Positions 53,359-64,000 of a stretch of DNA of 64,000 nt are shown piece after piece; positions within the stretch are counted from its first letter, which is position 1; every line of letters begins with the position of its first letter. The DNA lies in NCBI GenBank assembly GCA_963828525.1, contig CAWHEP010000003.1, positions 1 through 64,000 on the forward strand, given 5' to 3'. The stretch is from an uncultured Verrucomicrobiae bacterium. GTDB taxonomy: Bacteria; Verrucomicrobiota; Verrucomicrobiia; Chthoniobacterales; Chthoniobacteraceae. The notes beneath the pieces are model-generated. The model was not told the origin of the DNA, ran no database searches, and saw only the letters and a program-made list of their open reading frames with translations. Both the position numbers and the translations under genes were made by a program.

Positions 53359-54246
53359 TTACGAGTGAGGGTTCGCGAACTGCCGGTTTACGTAGGCCCG
53401 CACGGCTTCCTGCCATAAACGAGGCTCTCTACCAAGCAGCTTTGCGAGCTTGGCTGTTGACATGACGCTGTTCACAGGCCGTTTTGCGACGAACGCAAGC
53501 AACTCTGCCATCTTCAGTGGCTCCACATGTTCCGTCTTCAACCTGACCCCGGCATCCTTAGCGCACGCGAGGGCAAACTGCCCATACTCCTGCCAGGTAC
53601 ATCTTCCGTCATTACATATGTGGAGCGTTCCCGCTTCGGGGAGATCGCGCAGCATAGGGAGAAGATACTCCGCTATGTCCAACGTGTACCAGGGGACCGC
53701 CCATTTGTCACCGATGGCTTCCACGCGCTCTTCAATCATGGCCCGCTTTATGATGCCATCGACGAAACTGGCCCGGTCGGGTCCGAACACCCAGGACACC
53801 CGGACGCAGAGGTGTCTTGCGGAAACGGCGCGCAACTGTTCCTCGCCCGCAAGTTTTGAGCGCCCGTAGATGCTAATGGGAATCGCGGGATCAATTTCGC
53901 TGTATGAGGTTTGTTTTTGACCATCAAAAACGTAGTCTGTGCTGATGTGGATCATGCGGGCATTGTTCCTCTCGCACGCCTCGGCCATATCTCTCACCGC
54001 GAACGCGTTGATCCTCATTGCTTCAGACTCATGCGTCTCGCAGTAATCCACGTTGGTGAGCGCGGCGCAGTTGATCAATACGTCAAATTCCAGCTGCGCC
54101 AGGCTCTGGTGGATGGCCTCGCTCGATTCCAAATTGAGCCGCGCGCGATTGAAGCCTGTGACATCGCACGTTGCACCGAATTCACGCGCCAGAGCAGCTC
54201 CCAACCGGCCTCCGCTTCCGACGACAACAACGCCAAGTTTGCTCAT
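53359..54246 (-). CDS. rfbD: dTDP-4-dehydrorhamnose reductase
   Basis: GSGGRLG, NCAALTNVD, ISTDYVFDG, YGRSK. Confidence 0.93.
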   Translation of the reverse strand: MSKLGVVVVGSGGRLGAALAREFGATCDVTGFNRARLNLESSEAIHQSLAQLEFDVLINCAALTNVDYCETHESEAMRINAFAVRDMAEACERNNARMIHISTDYVFDGQKQTSYSEIDPAIPISIYGRSKLAGEEQLRAVSARHLCVRVSWVFGPDRASFVDGIIKRAMIEERVEAIGDKWAVPWYTLDIAEYLLPMLRDLPEAGTLHICNDGRCTWQEYGQFALACAKDAGVRLKTEHVEPLKMAELLAFVAKRPVNSVMSTAKLAKLLGREPRLWQEAVRAYVNRQFANPHS

Positions 54247-54264
54247 GCTTCGACGCCCGGCGTC

Positions 54265-55239
54265 TCAGGCGACGGTCTTCTCCCACCACGCGCGGTTGGC
54301 GACATACCAGTCGATTGTCGCGGCGATCCCTTCACCAGGGCGACGCAGTGGCTTCCAGCTAAGCTCATTGCGGATTTTTGAGGAATCAATCGCGTATCTC
54401 CGATCATGGCCCAGCCGGTCTGTCACATACCGGATGAGTTCCTTCGGCTTGCCCAGATGTTCCAGGATCATGTTTACCACATCGATATTCTTCATCTCGC
54501 CATCTGACCCGATGTTGTAGACTTCCCCCGGCTTGCCATCCAGCAACACAGAGAACACAGCGGCGCAGTGATCCTCAACGTGGATCCAATCACGAACGTT
54601 GAGCCCGTCTCCATACACCGGAAGCGGCTTGTCCCGCAGCGCGTTTATGATCATGAGCGGAATCAGCTTCTCCGGAAATTGATATGGCCCGTAGTTATTC
54701 GAGCAGCGGGTAATCACAACTTCCTGCCCGTAGGTTCGGTAACAGGCAAGCGCCAATAGATCAGCAGACGCTTTGCTCGCGGAATATGGTGAGCTCGGCT
54801 CGATTGGGGAGTGCTCCGTGAACTGCCCTTCGGGTCCGAGCGATCCGTAAACCTCATCGGTTGAAATTTGCACAAACCTCCTGACGCCATGGCGGCGGGC
54901 ACAGTCCAAGAGGACGCTGGTTCCCACCACGTTGCTGTGAATGAAGTTCTGAGGCGAGTTAATGCTCCGGTCGACATGTGACTCCGCGGCGAAGTTCACG
55001 ACGGCAAAGAATTGGTGCTGGCTCATGAGGGCGTCCATCTGCTCGGAGTTGGCGATGTCTGCCTTATGAAACTCGTAACGATCCCCGAAACGCTCCGCAA
55101 GACGCGCGACATTCCCGCTGTTTCCCGCATAGGTCAGGGCGTCCACGTTTGTGATGAACTCAGGCTTATAGTGGCTGAGGACGTAACGGATGAAATTACT
55201 TCCGATGAATCCACATCCGCCAGTTACGAGTAGTCGCAT
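54265..55239 (-). CDS. rfbB: dTDP-glucose 4,6-dehydratase
   Basis: TGGCGFIGSNF, AAESHVDRSI, STDEVYG, YSASK, PEKLIP. Confidence 0.96.
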   Translation of the reverse strand: MRLLVTGGCGFIGSNFIRYVLSHYKPEFITNVDALTYAGNSGNVARLAERFGDRYEFHKADIANSEQMDALMSQHQFFAVVNFAAESHVDRSINSPQNFIHSNVVGTSVLLDCARRHGVRRFVQISTDEVYGSLGPEGQFTEHSPIEPSSPYSASKASADLLALACYRTYGQEVVITRCSNNYGPYQFPEKLIPLMIINALRDKPLPVYGDGLNVRDWIHVEDHCAAVFSVLLDGKPGEVYNIGSDGEMKNIDVVNMILEHLGKPKELIRYVTDRLGHDRRYAIDSSKIRNELSWKPLRRPGEGIAATIDWYVANRAWWEKTVA

Positions 55240-55305
55240 CCCGCAGTTATCTACCAATCCGTTTCAGGGGGAGCTAGAACTTTCTGGGTTCGCGGACGTG
55301 GATGC

Positions 55306-57307
55306 CTAAAACTGCGCGCTGACACGCCACTCGTCTAGGAGCGGCTTCGGAACCTCGCTCAAGAACCGCGAGGGGCGCTGGAATGTCTCTCCGTAGCCCG
55401 CGCCCAGTCGCATGATCGGATAGGTCATATAGAGCTCGTCTCTTGCGCGGGTTACGGCCACATAGAAGAGGCGCCGTTCCTCTTCGATTGCTTCATCGGA
55501 CTCGAGGGAGCGGGCGCTTGGAAACATGCCGTCCGCCATCCAGATGAGAAAAACAACCTTCCACTCAAGCCCCTTGGCCTGGTGGATGGAGGAAAGGATG
55601 ACCATCTCGTTATCCCGCTCTCCACCGCCAAGTTCGGTCTCCGTCTCCAGACCGCTCACCAGCGCGAGCTGATCGAGGAACAGGTGAGGATCATCATATT
55701 GCCTGGCGTACTCACTCAGTGTCCGGAGATCCTCCCGGCGCGCCTCGTAGTTGGAGAACTTTGACTTGAGGTAATCGTCATAGATTGCCTCGAGCACGGA
55801 TTCAAGCATCAGAGCGGGGGGGCGCGGCTTTCCACCCGGAGCGATTTCGTCAAACGTGCAGACGAGCTGCTTCCAGGCTTTTGCGCTCCTGGCAGTCACG
55901 CGAACCGGTTCCAGGAGCTTTGCGAAGGAAGAGATCGGACCGTTCGTCCCCTCCCCCACTTGCTTCCAAATCTGTTCCGCGGAACGCGCGCCGATGCCCG
56001 GCAAGAGGCGAACCACGCGCTTCAATGCCACTTCATCTCGCGGGTTCACGACAAATTTCAGGAAGGCCGCGGCGTCCTTTACATGAGCTTGCTCGAAAAA
56101 CCGCAAGCCGCTGGTGATTTGGAACGGCACGCCGTGCCGGGTGAGTTCCATCTGCACCTCCATCGAGTGGTAATGTGCCCGATAGAGGATGGCAATTTCA
56201 TCAAGTTCGCAACCTTCGTCACGTAGCTCCAGAACGCGTTGCGCGACAAACAAGGCTTGCTGTCTTGAGTCGCCGAGCGGCACAAGCGCGGGCCTGGAAT
56301 CACTCACCGCGCGGTGCGGTTGCAGCTCCTTTTTGAACTGCCGGACGTTGTTCGAGATGACCGCGTTTGCGACGGACAGTATTTCCGGGACACTCCGGTA
56401 GTTGATCTCGATCTTGTAAACGGAGGCGCGCGGGTAACGCTTTGGAAAATCCAGGATGTTCTGAAAGTTCGCGCCCCGCCAGGAATAGATCGACTGCGCG
56501 TCATCGCCAACCACCATGATGTTGCCGTGATTGGCCGCGAGGGAGTCGATGAAATCCGCCTGCAGCTTATTTGTATCCTGGTACTCATCCACCAGGATGA
56601 ATTGGAACTGGTAGCGGTACATTTCAGCGACCTTTTCGTCGCTTCGGAGCAGTTCCAGCGGCTTCTCCAGTAAATCATCGAAATCCAGGGAATTCGCCGA
56701 CTTCTTCCTTTCCTCGTACCCGGAGGCGCATGTTCTCGATCTGTGGCAGGAGAGGCAGGAAGTAACTGTATTTCGATTCGAGAACCTCTCCGAGCGAGCG
56801 GTTTGTGTTAATGGAGAAACTGAAGATATCGGCCAGAATCTCCCCTTTCGGGAAGCGTTTATCTTTCGGATCGAGGCCAGAAGTGGCTATGACGGAGTCC
56901 AGCAGATCTTGCTGATCCTCGCGATCCATGATCGAAAAACCGTTCTGGAATCCAGCTGAAACAGCATGGCGGCGGAGCATACGATTGCCGATGGAGTGGA
57001 AGGTCCCGCCCCAAAGCCCTGCTGTCTCATGCGGGACGAGCGCGGAGACGCGATCCAGCATCTCGCGCGCCGCTTTGTTGGTAAAGGTTACAAGCAGGAT
57101 GTTGTTGGGCGCTATGCCGTTCTCGATGAGGTAGGCGACCCTGTAGATGAGAGTGCGTGTCTTACCGCTGCCGGCTCCTGCTATCACGAGCGCTGGCCCG
57201 GGTGGCGCTGTTACGGCGGCATGCTGTTGCGGATTGAGCTCGGCCGCGAAGTCGATCCTCGGGACCTCCGCCATTGGACGGCGTTTCAGCGTATACTCCC
57301 GTGCCAT
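55306..57307 (-). CDS. UvrD/PcrA/Rep superfamily I helicase (frameshift near 56720)
   Basis: AGAGSGKT, TFTNKAA, GTFHS in the first ORF; VDEYQD, VGDDAQSIY, HQAKGLEW, EERRLFYVAVTRA in the second. Confidence 0.93.
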
Positions 57308-57312
57308 CTGAA

Positions 57313-58023
57313 TCAGACGCCGCCGAGGTAGGCGTTTCGCACCTTTTCGTTTCTGCGCAGTTCCGCGGACTGCGCCTCCATGATAATCTTTCCTGTTTCC
57401 ATGACATACCCGTAGTCCGAAATCTCCAGCGCCAGATTCGCGTTTTGCTCTACCAGCAGCACGGTCAGGGAAAGTTGTTTGTTAATCTCTACGATCTTCG
57501 AAAAAATCGTTTTCACCAGTAGCGGCGCTATGCCCAGGGATGGCTCATCCAGCATCAGGCACTTGGGTTTGCTCATCAGCGCCCGCCCGATGGCGAGCAT
57601 CTGTTGTTCTCCTCCCGAGAGAGTTCCGGCTGTCTGCTTTTCGCGTTCTCGCAACCGCGGGAACATGCTGAAGATGAAATCGAAGTCCTCGGCAAATCTC
57701 TTCTTATCCCGCCGGAGATAGGCTCCCATCAACAAGTTCTCCCTGACTGTAAGGTTCGCGAAGACCATGCGTCCTTCCGGAACCTGCGAGAGCCCCATCC
57801 CAACGATCTTGTGCGCAGCCCGGTTGGTGATGTTTTCGCCTTCGAACGTGATGGAGCCCGACGCGGCTTTCAGCAGCCCGGAAATAGCCCGCAACGCTGT
57901 CGTCTTTCCAGCGCCATTCGCGCCGATAAGGGTAACAATGGAACCCTTTGCCACATTCAACGAGAGGCCTTGCAGCGCAACAATCGACCCATAGGCGACC
58001 TGAAGATTCTCTACTGCGAGCAT
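57313..58023 (-). CDS. livF: Branched-chain amino acid ABC transporter ATPase
   Basis: GANGAGKT, LSGGEQQML, DEPSLG, VEQN. Confidence 0.94.
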   Translation of the reverse strand: MLAVENLQVAYGSIVALQGLSLNVAKGSIVTLIGANGAGKTTALRAISGLLKAASGSITFEGENITNRAAHKIVGMGLSQVPEGRMVFANLTVRENLLMGAYLRRDKKRFAEDFDFIFSMFPRLREREKQTAGTLSGGEQQMLAIGRALMSKPKCLMLDEPSLGIAPLLVKTIFSKIVEINKQLSLTVLLVEQNANLALEISDYGYVMETGKIIMEAQSAELRRNEKVRNAYLGGV

Positions 58024-58805
58024 GCTGGGTTCAAAGATGAGGATTCAGGCCCGAGGTAAGCCTCGATGACCTTCGGGTTACACTTTATTTCCGATGGCGA
58101 ACCCTCGGCGATTTTCACGCCATAATCGAGCACAGCGATCCTTTCGCAAATGCCCATGACCACCCGCATATCGTGCTCCACCAGCAGCACGGCGATGCTG
58201 AACTTTTCCTGTGTGAACCGGATCAGGCGCATCAGTTCCTGCTTTTCAGTCGGGTTCATGCCAGCAGCCGGCTCATCGAGCAGGAGAAGCTTCGGTTTGG
58301 TTGCCAGCGCGCGCACAATTTCCAGACGCCGTTGGTCCCCATAAGGGAGGCTCTTGCACATGGACTCGCGCGCGTGGCTGAGACCGAAAATTTCCAGCAA
58401 CTCCATAACTTCCCTGTCAACGCGCCCTTCCTCACGCAAAAACCCGGGGCCCCGCCACAATGCGTGAGCAATGCCGTGGCTGAGGCGCATATTGAGAGCC
58501 GCCCTTACGTTGTCGAAAACGGATAGCGAATCAAAAAGGCGGATGTTTTGGAAAGTGCGAGCTATCCCTCGAGCCGTGATCTTGTACGGTCGTTTGCCCT
58601 TCACGGACTTGCCCTCAAACATTATCTCTCCCGCAGTCGGCGCATAGACACCGGTGATGAGATTGAAGACCGTCGTCTTCCCCGCGCCGTTCGGTCCGAT
58701 GATCCCTACCATTTCACCGCCCGCAATTTCCAGGTTTAAGGCGGATACTGCCTTGAGGCCACCGAACTGGACGGTGCAATCCCGGAGACTCAGAAGTTCA
58801 CTCAT
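58011..58805 (-). CDS. livG: Branched-chain amino acid ABC transporter ATPase
   Basis: FGGLKAV, GPNGAGKTT, RTFQNIRLF, DEPAAG, VEHDM. Confidence 0.94.
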   Translation of the reverse strand: MSELLSLRDCTVQFGGLKAVSALNLEIAGGEMVGIIGPNGAGKTTVFNLITGVYAPTAGEIMFEGKSVKGKRPYKITARGIARTFQNIRLFDSLSVFDNVRAALNMRLSHGIAHALWRGPGFLREEGRVDREVMELLEIFGLSHARESMCKSLPYGDQRRLEIVRALATKPKLLLLDEPAAGMNPTEKQELMRLIRFTQEKFSIAVLLVEHDMRVVMGICERIAVLDYGVKIAEGSPSEIKCNPKVIEAYLGPESSSLNPACSQ

Positions 58806-59812
58806 GCTGGCTTCTTGCTTGCGCCCGGAAGGAAGCGGCGCAACCCACCTAAGCCGCCAAAAAGGCCCTGGGGACGGACAAGCATCAGCAGAATAAGGAG
58901 GAGCGAATAGATTATCATCCGGTTTTGAGCGATGCTTCGCAGCCAGGCCGGGAGGAACCCAAATCCGGCCACGGTCCGCAACCATTCTGGAAGAATTGTC
59001 AGCAGGATGGCGGCGAATACAACTCCCGCGGTATTTCCCATGCCCCCGAGGATCACCATTACAACGATATCAACCGACTTGAAAAAGTCGAAGCCATCGG
59101 GGCTGATGAATTGTTTGAAGTGCGCGTAAAGAGCCCCCGCGACGCCTGCGAAGAACGCGCCCAAAGTAAAAGCAAGGACCTTGTACTTGGTCGTATTTAT
59201 CCCCATGGCCTCGGCGGCGATCTCATCATCCCGCACCGTCAGAAATCCTCGCCCATAGGTGGAAGCCACCAGCATTGTAACGACATAAACCGCGATGGAA
59301 GCCACCGCGAAGGTCCAGAAGAAGTTTGTGTAACCCGAGGGAACGGAGAAGCCCCGCGAGGCTCCCACAGCATCCGTGTTCTGAATAACGACCACTATGA
59401 TCTGTCCGAAACCGAGCGTGACAATGGCAAGATAATCTCCCTTTAGCCGCAGAGAGGGAACTCCCACGATCAGTCCCGCGAGGGCGGCGGCGACGCCCCC
59501 AGCGCTAAGAGCGGTCAGGAACATGACCGCTATCGAGAAAACACCGGGACCTCCAAGATGCAAAAGGAACGGGCCGGAGAGAAAAGTGGTGAAGGCGGCG
59601 GCGGTGTAGGCGCCCACCGCCATGAATCCGGCATGGCCGAGCGAGAATTGGCCGGTGTAGCCGTTCACCAGGTTCAGGCTTACGGCCAGGATGATGTTAA
59701 TCCCGATGGAGAGGATGACGTCGTAATAGTAGGGGTTGATCGAACCTTCAAACTTCGAAACGACGAAGCTGAGCGCGAGAGCCAGAAGGAGATAGGTCCG
59801 GGGATGACGCAT
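58802..59812 (-). CDS. livM: Branched-chain amino acid ABC transporter permease
   Basis: GYTGQFSLGH, RLKGDYLAIVTLGF, VILGG. Confidence 0.93.
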   Translation of the reverse strand: MRHPRTYLLLALALSFVVSKFEGSINPYYYDVILSIGINIILAVSLNLVNGYTGQFSLGHAGFMAVGAYTAAAFTTFLSGPFLLHLGGPGVFSIAVMFLTALSAGGVAAALAGLIVGVPSLRLKGDYLAIVTLGFGQIIVVVIQNTDAVGASRGFSVPSGYTNFFWTFAVASIAVYVVTMLVASTYGRGFLTVRDDEIAAEAMGINTTKYKVLAFTLGAFFAGVAGALYAHFKQFISPDGFDFFKSVDIVVMVILGGMGNTAGVVFAAILLTILPEWLRTVAGFGFLPAWLRSIAQNRMIIYSLLLILLMLVRPQGLFGGLGGLRRFLPGASKKPA

Positions 59813-60732
59813 CAGACTTTCTCGCGTTCCACTTTCCCGAGGAGACCAGCGGGTTTGAATAACAAGATGAGAATGAGGATGGCAAAAGCGACCGCGTCCC
59901 GGTAGGTGGAGGGGATGTGGAGCAGATCGCTGTAGCCAACTACCAGCGTTTCCACAAGGCCGATAATCAGGCCCCCGAGCGCCGCGCCAGGGATATTTCC
60001 TATCCCTCCGAGGACGGCCGCGACGAACGCTTTAAGGCCGGGAAGAATACCCATGAGGGGGTCTATGGACGGGTAGCTGATGGAATACAGGATGCCAGCG
60101 GCAGCGGCAAGGGCAGATCCCAAGCCAAATGTGAACGAGATCACGACATCGTTATTGATGCCCATCAAAGATGCGGCCGCCGGGTTGAACGCCAGCGCGC
60201 GCATGGCCATTCCCATCTTTGTCTTCACGACCACCCATCGCAGAGCCACCAGGAGCACGAGAGTCACACCGATCACCAGAACCTGGCTCACGGTGACCGT
60301 GAGATCACCCAGGCCCGCTATCGCATGGTCATCTATGATCTCAGGAAACGGCTTCGGATCAGGCCCGAAGACAAACTGGCCGGCGTTCTCCAGGAACAGG
60401 GAGACGCCTATCGCGGTGATGAGAACCGTCAGCCTCGGGCGGTTCCGCAGAGGCCTGTACACGAGCTTCTCGATAATGACGCCAATCGCGGCGCAGATGA
60501 GCATTGAAGCAATAAGAACGCATATCCCACCCGTGATTGACTGCTCTCCAAACAGCCGGGCGAACCTTGGATACAGGTAATACCCAGCGAACGCTCCCAG
60601 CATGTAGATATCTCCGTGGGCGAAGTTGATGAATCGCAGGACCCCATAAACCATCGTGTACCCGAGAGCGATAAGGGCATAGATAGCGCCGAGGGACAGG
60701 CCGTTTATAACCTGCTGGAGAAACTCCGTCAT
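59812..60732 (-). CDS. livH: Branched-chain amino acid ABC transporter permease
   Basis: YALIALGYTMVYG..INFAHG, KAFVAAVLGGIG. Confidence 0.94.
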   Translation of the reverse strand: MTEFLQQVINGLSLGAIYALIALGYTMVYGVLRFINFAHGDIYMLGAFAGYYLYPRFARLFGEQSITGGICVLIASMLICAAIGVIIEKLVYRPLRNRPRLTVLITAIGVSLFLENAGQFVFGPDPKPFPEIIDDHAIAGLGDLTVTVSQVLVIGVTLVLLVALRWVVVKTKMGMAMRALAFNPAAASLMGINNDVVISFTFGLGSALAAAAGILYSISYPSIDPLMGILPGLKAFVAAVLGGIGNIPGAALGGLIIGLVETLVVGYSDLLHIPSTYRDAVAFAILILILLFKPAGLLGKVEREKV

Positions 60733-60774
60733 CTCGACAGATGGCGCGCGGCTCGGATATTGAGAGACTGCGAC

Positions 60775-61896
60775 CTAGGGCGCAATGGTATCCACGTAGT
60801 TGAACTTGCCGTCCTTGATCTCGAGGACGACCGCAGGCTTCGTGGCATTGCGCTCCGCATCGATGGTGATCTTCCCAGTGACTCCCGAAAACTCCTTCGT
60901 TCCCGCGATCGCCGCTCGCAACTTGTCGCCGTCTGTGACACCCGCCCGCTTAATGGCATCCGCCAGGATCATCGCCGAGTCGTACCCGAGAGCGGACATG
61001 GCGTCGGCGTCCATGCTAAACTTTTCTTTGTATCGTTTCAGGAATCCCTGCACCACCGCCGACTTATCCTGAGTCGTGAAGTGGTTCGAGAAAAAGTCGC
61101 CTTCCAAGGCCTTGCCTCCGATCTTAACGAGGTCTTCCGAATCCCACCCGTCACCGCCAAGAAGCGATACCTTTAGTCCCAACTGCTGGGCTTGCCGCGC
61201 AATCAGACCTACTTCCGTATAATAACCAGGGACAAAGATGGCGTCGGGCTTGGATGGTTTGATTGATGTCAGTTGCGCTCTGAAGTCCTTGTCACCCGAA
61301 CTGTAATTCTGATCCTTCACCACCTCGCCCCCATGGCTTGCGAGATAGTCCTTGAAAAACTGCGCGAGGCCCATGCTGTAGTCCTGCTTTACGTCCTTCA
61401 ATACGGCGACACGCTTCCAACCTCGTGACAGCGCGAACTTGGCCATGACGGTACCCTGAAATGGATCGATGAAGCAAACGCGGAAGATGTAATCGCCAAC
61501 CTGGGTGACCTTCGGGTTGGTAGAGGCGGGAGAAATCATCGGGATATGATTTTCCTGCGCGATGGGCGCGGCTTCGAGCGATTTGGACGAAGCCACTTCA
61601 CCGAGGATCGCGATGACTTTGTTCTGCGAGATCAGCTTCCGTACGATGGTCGCTGGCTGTCCCGCCTTGCTCTGATCGTCCTCCGTGAACAGGGCGATCT
61701 TCCTGCCCAAGACCCCCCCCGCCGCGTTGATTTCCTCAACAGCCATCGCGGTGCCATTGTGCGAGGAGACTCCGAAGGTCGCGGTTCCTCCCGTCATAGA
61801 TGCGAACTCCCCGACGTTTATGTCCTCTTCTGCCGTGGCCAGGAGAGCTGGCATTAGAAGAGCTAAGAACAATGTGAACTGGCGCAAACGAAGCAT
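60775..61896 (-). CDS. livK: Branched-chain amino acid ABC transporter substrate-binding protein
   Basis: Signal peptide; EINAAGGVLG, SPASTNP, IFRVCF.D. Confidence 0.9.
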   Translation of the reverse strand: MLRLRQFTLFLALLMPALLATAEEDINVGEFASMTGGTATFGVSSHNGTAMAVEEINAAGGVLGRKIALFTEDDQSKAGQPATIVRKLISQNKVIAILGEVASSKSLEAAPIAQENHIPMISPASTNPKVTQVGDYIFRVCFIDPFQGTVMAKFALSRGWKRVAVLKDVKQDYSMGLAQFFKDYLASHGGEVVKDQNYSSGDKDFRAQLTSIKPSKPDAIFVPGYYTEVGLIARQAQQLGLKVSLLGGDGWDSEDLVKIGGKALEGDFFSNHFTTQDKSAVVQGFLKRYKEKFSMDADAMSALGYDSAMILADAIKRAGVTDGDKLRAAIAGTKEFSGVTGKITIDAERNATKPAVVLEIKDGKFNYVDTIAP

Positions 61897-62043
61897 AATT
61901 TTCCCTTTTTTCAGTGACTTTGGATTCCCTACGCGGGATGTTAGAGAAACAGATTCTTCAATTCAATAGACAAACGTCGCAGCTCACATTTTCCGCTTCT
62001 TGCTCTTGCGCCAAGCCTCCTCTTATCCTAATTCCGCACTGAT

Positions 62044-62427
62044 ATGTCCCAGTCGAGTGTAGCAGTCATCGGCGCGTCCAGTGATCGGCGCAAATATGGA
62101 AACAAAGCCGTGCGCGCCTATCTGTCGACTGGTTTCAAGGTGTTTCCTGTGAACCTGCGGGGAGAGTCCATTGAAGGACTTCCTTCGTATAAGTCACTGG
62201 CAGAGATCCCGGAGAAAGTCGACTTTGTGAGCCTTTATGTCACGCCAGCCGTTGGAATCCAGATGCTTTCGGCGATCGCCGATATGGAACCACAAGAGGT
62301 CTGGCTAAATCCTGGCTCCGAAAGCGATGATCTCATAGAAGCGGCAGCCGACTTGAAGCTGCGAGTAATAGTCGCTTGCTCCATACAGGCATTGGGGATC
62401 AATCCATCCGAACTGTCCGACAAATGA
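62044..62427 (+). CDS. CoA-binding protein (YccU-like)
   Basis: VAVIGASSDRRKYG, PVN, WLNPG. Confidence 0.9.
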   Translation: MSQSSVAVIGASSDRRKYGNKAVRAYLSTGFKVFPVNLRGESIEGLPSYKSLAEIPEKVDFVSLYVTPAVGIQMLSAIADMEPQEVWLNPGSESDDLIEAAADLKLRVIVACSIQALGINPSELSDK

Positions 62428-62452
62428 CTTCCCCCCTCCCCCCGCGACCGAA

Positions 62453-63139
62453 TTGATAACGCGCTTCTACAAATCCTCAATCGGGAAGAAGTGGATAGTA
62501 GCGCTAACGGGACTGGCGCTCATTGCGTATGTGGTCGGACATATGGCTGGCAACCTCCAGATCTTCATCAGCCAGGATCGCATCAACGACTATGCCGTGT
62601 TCCTGCACAGCATGGGCCCGCTGCTCTGGGCAGTGCGAGCGCTCCTGCTTGCAGCGTTCGTTATCCACATCCTGGTGACCGTCCAACTAGCCGCGCAAAA
62701 TCGGCGGGCGCGTCCGATCAGCTATGCCATGAAGCGCGATGTGAGGGCTCGCGCTTCTTCCAAGACGATGATCCTCAGCGGGCTGATAGTTCTGTGCTTT
62801 GTGGTCTTTCACATCTTGCATTTCACCACGCACAACATCGACTCAAAGTTCGGACTGCTGGAGGATTCACGGGGAAGGCATGATGTCTTCTCCATGGTGA
62901 TCCTGGGGTTCAGCAATGCGTGGGTATCCGGTTTTTATATCCTGGCGATGTTTCTTCTCTGTCTGCATCTCAGCCACGGATTCCAGAGCTTCTTCCAAAC
63001 CTTGGGATTGAATAGTAAAAAGGTCGCTCCCTTGCTAAACGTCGGCAGTCGCGTGGCGGCAGCCGTCATCTTTTTTGGCTACACGGCTATTCCGATAGCC
63101 GTTCTTGCGCGCCTCCTGAAGCTTCCCGGACACCCATGA
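62453..63139 (+). CDS. sdhC: Succinate dehydrogenase/fumarate reductase cytochrome b subunit
   Basis: SSIGKK..VALTG, HMAGNL, HILHF, HLSHG; five TM helices. Confidence 0.93.
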   Translation: MITRFYKSSIGKKWIVALTGLALIAYVVGHMAGNLQIFISQDRINDYAVFLHSMGPLLWAVRALLLAAFVIHILVTVQLAAQNRRARPISYAMKRDVRARASSKTMILSGLIVLCFVVFHILHFTTHNIDSKFGLLEDSRGRHDVFSMVILGFSNAWVSGFYILAMFLLCLHLSHGFQSFFQTLGLNSKKVAPLLNVGSRVAAAVIFFGYTAIPIAVLARLLKLPGHP

Positions 63140-64000
63140 TCTCAAATCTCGACGCGCGGATACCCGACGGACCTCTTGAAGGGAAATGGCAGAAGCACCA
63201 ATTCGATTCCAAGCTCATCAATCCCGCCAACAGGAGGAAGTTCGATGTCATCGTCGTGGGTTCCGGGCTTGCTGGAGGAGCGGCGGCGGCAACCCTTGGG
63301 GAGCTCGGCTACAAGGTAAAATGTTTCTGCTACCAGGACAGTCCGCGCCGCGCCCATAGCATCGCCGCGCAGGGAGGTATAAACGCCGCGAAGAACTATC
63401 AGAACGATGGAGACAGCGTTTACCGGCTCTTTTACGATACCGTGAAGGGTGGGGATTTTCGATCCCGTGAGGCGAATGTTTTCCGGCTGGCCGAAGTGAG
63501 CGCGAATATCATTGACCAATGTGTCGCGCAGGGCGTGCCGTTTGCCCGCGAATATGGCGGGCTGCTGGCGAATCGATCTTTTGGGGGCGCGCAGGTCTCT
63601 CGCACTTTCTATGCGCGCGGTCAAACCGGCCAGCAACTCCTCATGGGCACATACTCGGCGCTGTGCCGGCAGATTGGACTGGGGACGGTGGAGATGTTCC
63701 CCCGGACGGAAATGCTGGATCTGGTCCTCGTCGACGGGCACGCGAAGGGCATCATCGCGAGGAATATGGTGACTGGTGAAATAGCGTCACACGCGGCAGA
63801 CACAGTAATTCTGGCGACCGGCGGTTACGGTAACGTCTTCTATCTGTCGACCAACGCGAAGGGGTGCAACGTCACAGCCACGTGGCGGGCTTGCAAGAAG
63901 GGCGCCTACTTTGCAAACCCATGCTACACCCAGATTCACCCCACGTGCATCCCGGTGAGTGGGGAATACCAGTCAAAACTGACGTTGATGTCGGAGTCTT
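63136..64000 (+). CDS. sdhA: Succinate dehydrogenase/fumarate reductase flavoprotein (runs off the window)
   Basis: Hand translation: [50 protein letters not shown]. Confidence 0.95.
   Translation, partial: MISNLDARIPDGPLEGKWQKHQFDSKLINPANRRKFDVIVVGSGLAGGAAAATLGELGYKVKCFCYQDSPRRAHSIAAQGGINAAKNYQNDGDSVYRLFYDTVKGGDFRSREANVFRLAEVSANIIDQCVAQGVPFAREYGGLLANRSFGGAQVSRTFYARGQTGQQLLMGTYSALCRQIGLGTVEMFPRTEMLDLVLVDGHAKGIIARNMVTGEIASHAADTVILATGGYGNVFYLSTNAKGCNVTATWRACKKGAYFANPCYTQIHPTCIPVSGEYQSKLTLMSES

Noticed and set aside
61897..62043. Amino-acid riboswitch or T-box upstream of livK
   Set aside because: No recognisable consensus or leader peptide.

Overview
GC-rich bacterial chromosome segment. Gene content and organisation suggest Verrucomicrobiota, possibly Chthoniobacterales-like (inference only). 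The first ~2.5 kb is a mobile hotspot: two co-oriented RAYT-like (Y1/HUH) transposase elements with matching inverted ends enclose an AT-richer orphan PD-(D/E)xK toxin tip plus a DUF4304-like immunity gene, and a doubly truncated IS4 fragment is fused into the second element. The rest is largely core genome: a split type II secretion pseudopilin cluster (no gspD/gspE here), nagZ/namZ-nadD-rsfS-cinA, two two-component modules, a SAM-I riboswitch leading a ThrC-like PLP enzyme plus a MoaD-like sulfur carrier, an isolated nuoA, obg, two GT4 enzymes, the complete atpBEFHAGDC operon, cysK, a 2-oxoacid dehydrogenase E1a/E1b/E2 set, a three-gene MNIO (DUF692) RiPP cluster with a Cys-repeat secreted precursor, a Ser/Thr kinase, GH57, rfbB/rfbD, a UvrD/PcrA helicase, livKHMGF and sdhC-sdhA. 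At least six otherwise intact genes have single-base frameshifts, which looks like uncorrected long-read error rather than real pseudogenes. The most interesting items are the MNIO/bufferin-type cluster, the RAYT-flanked toxin-immunity cassette and the SAM-regulated sulfur-carrier operon. All family assignments come from motif recognition by eye; no database searches were run.
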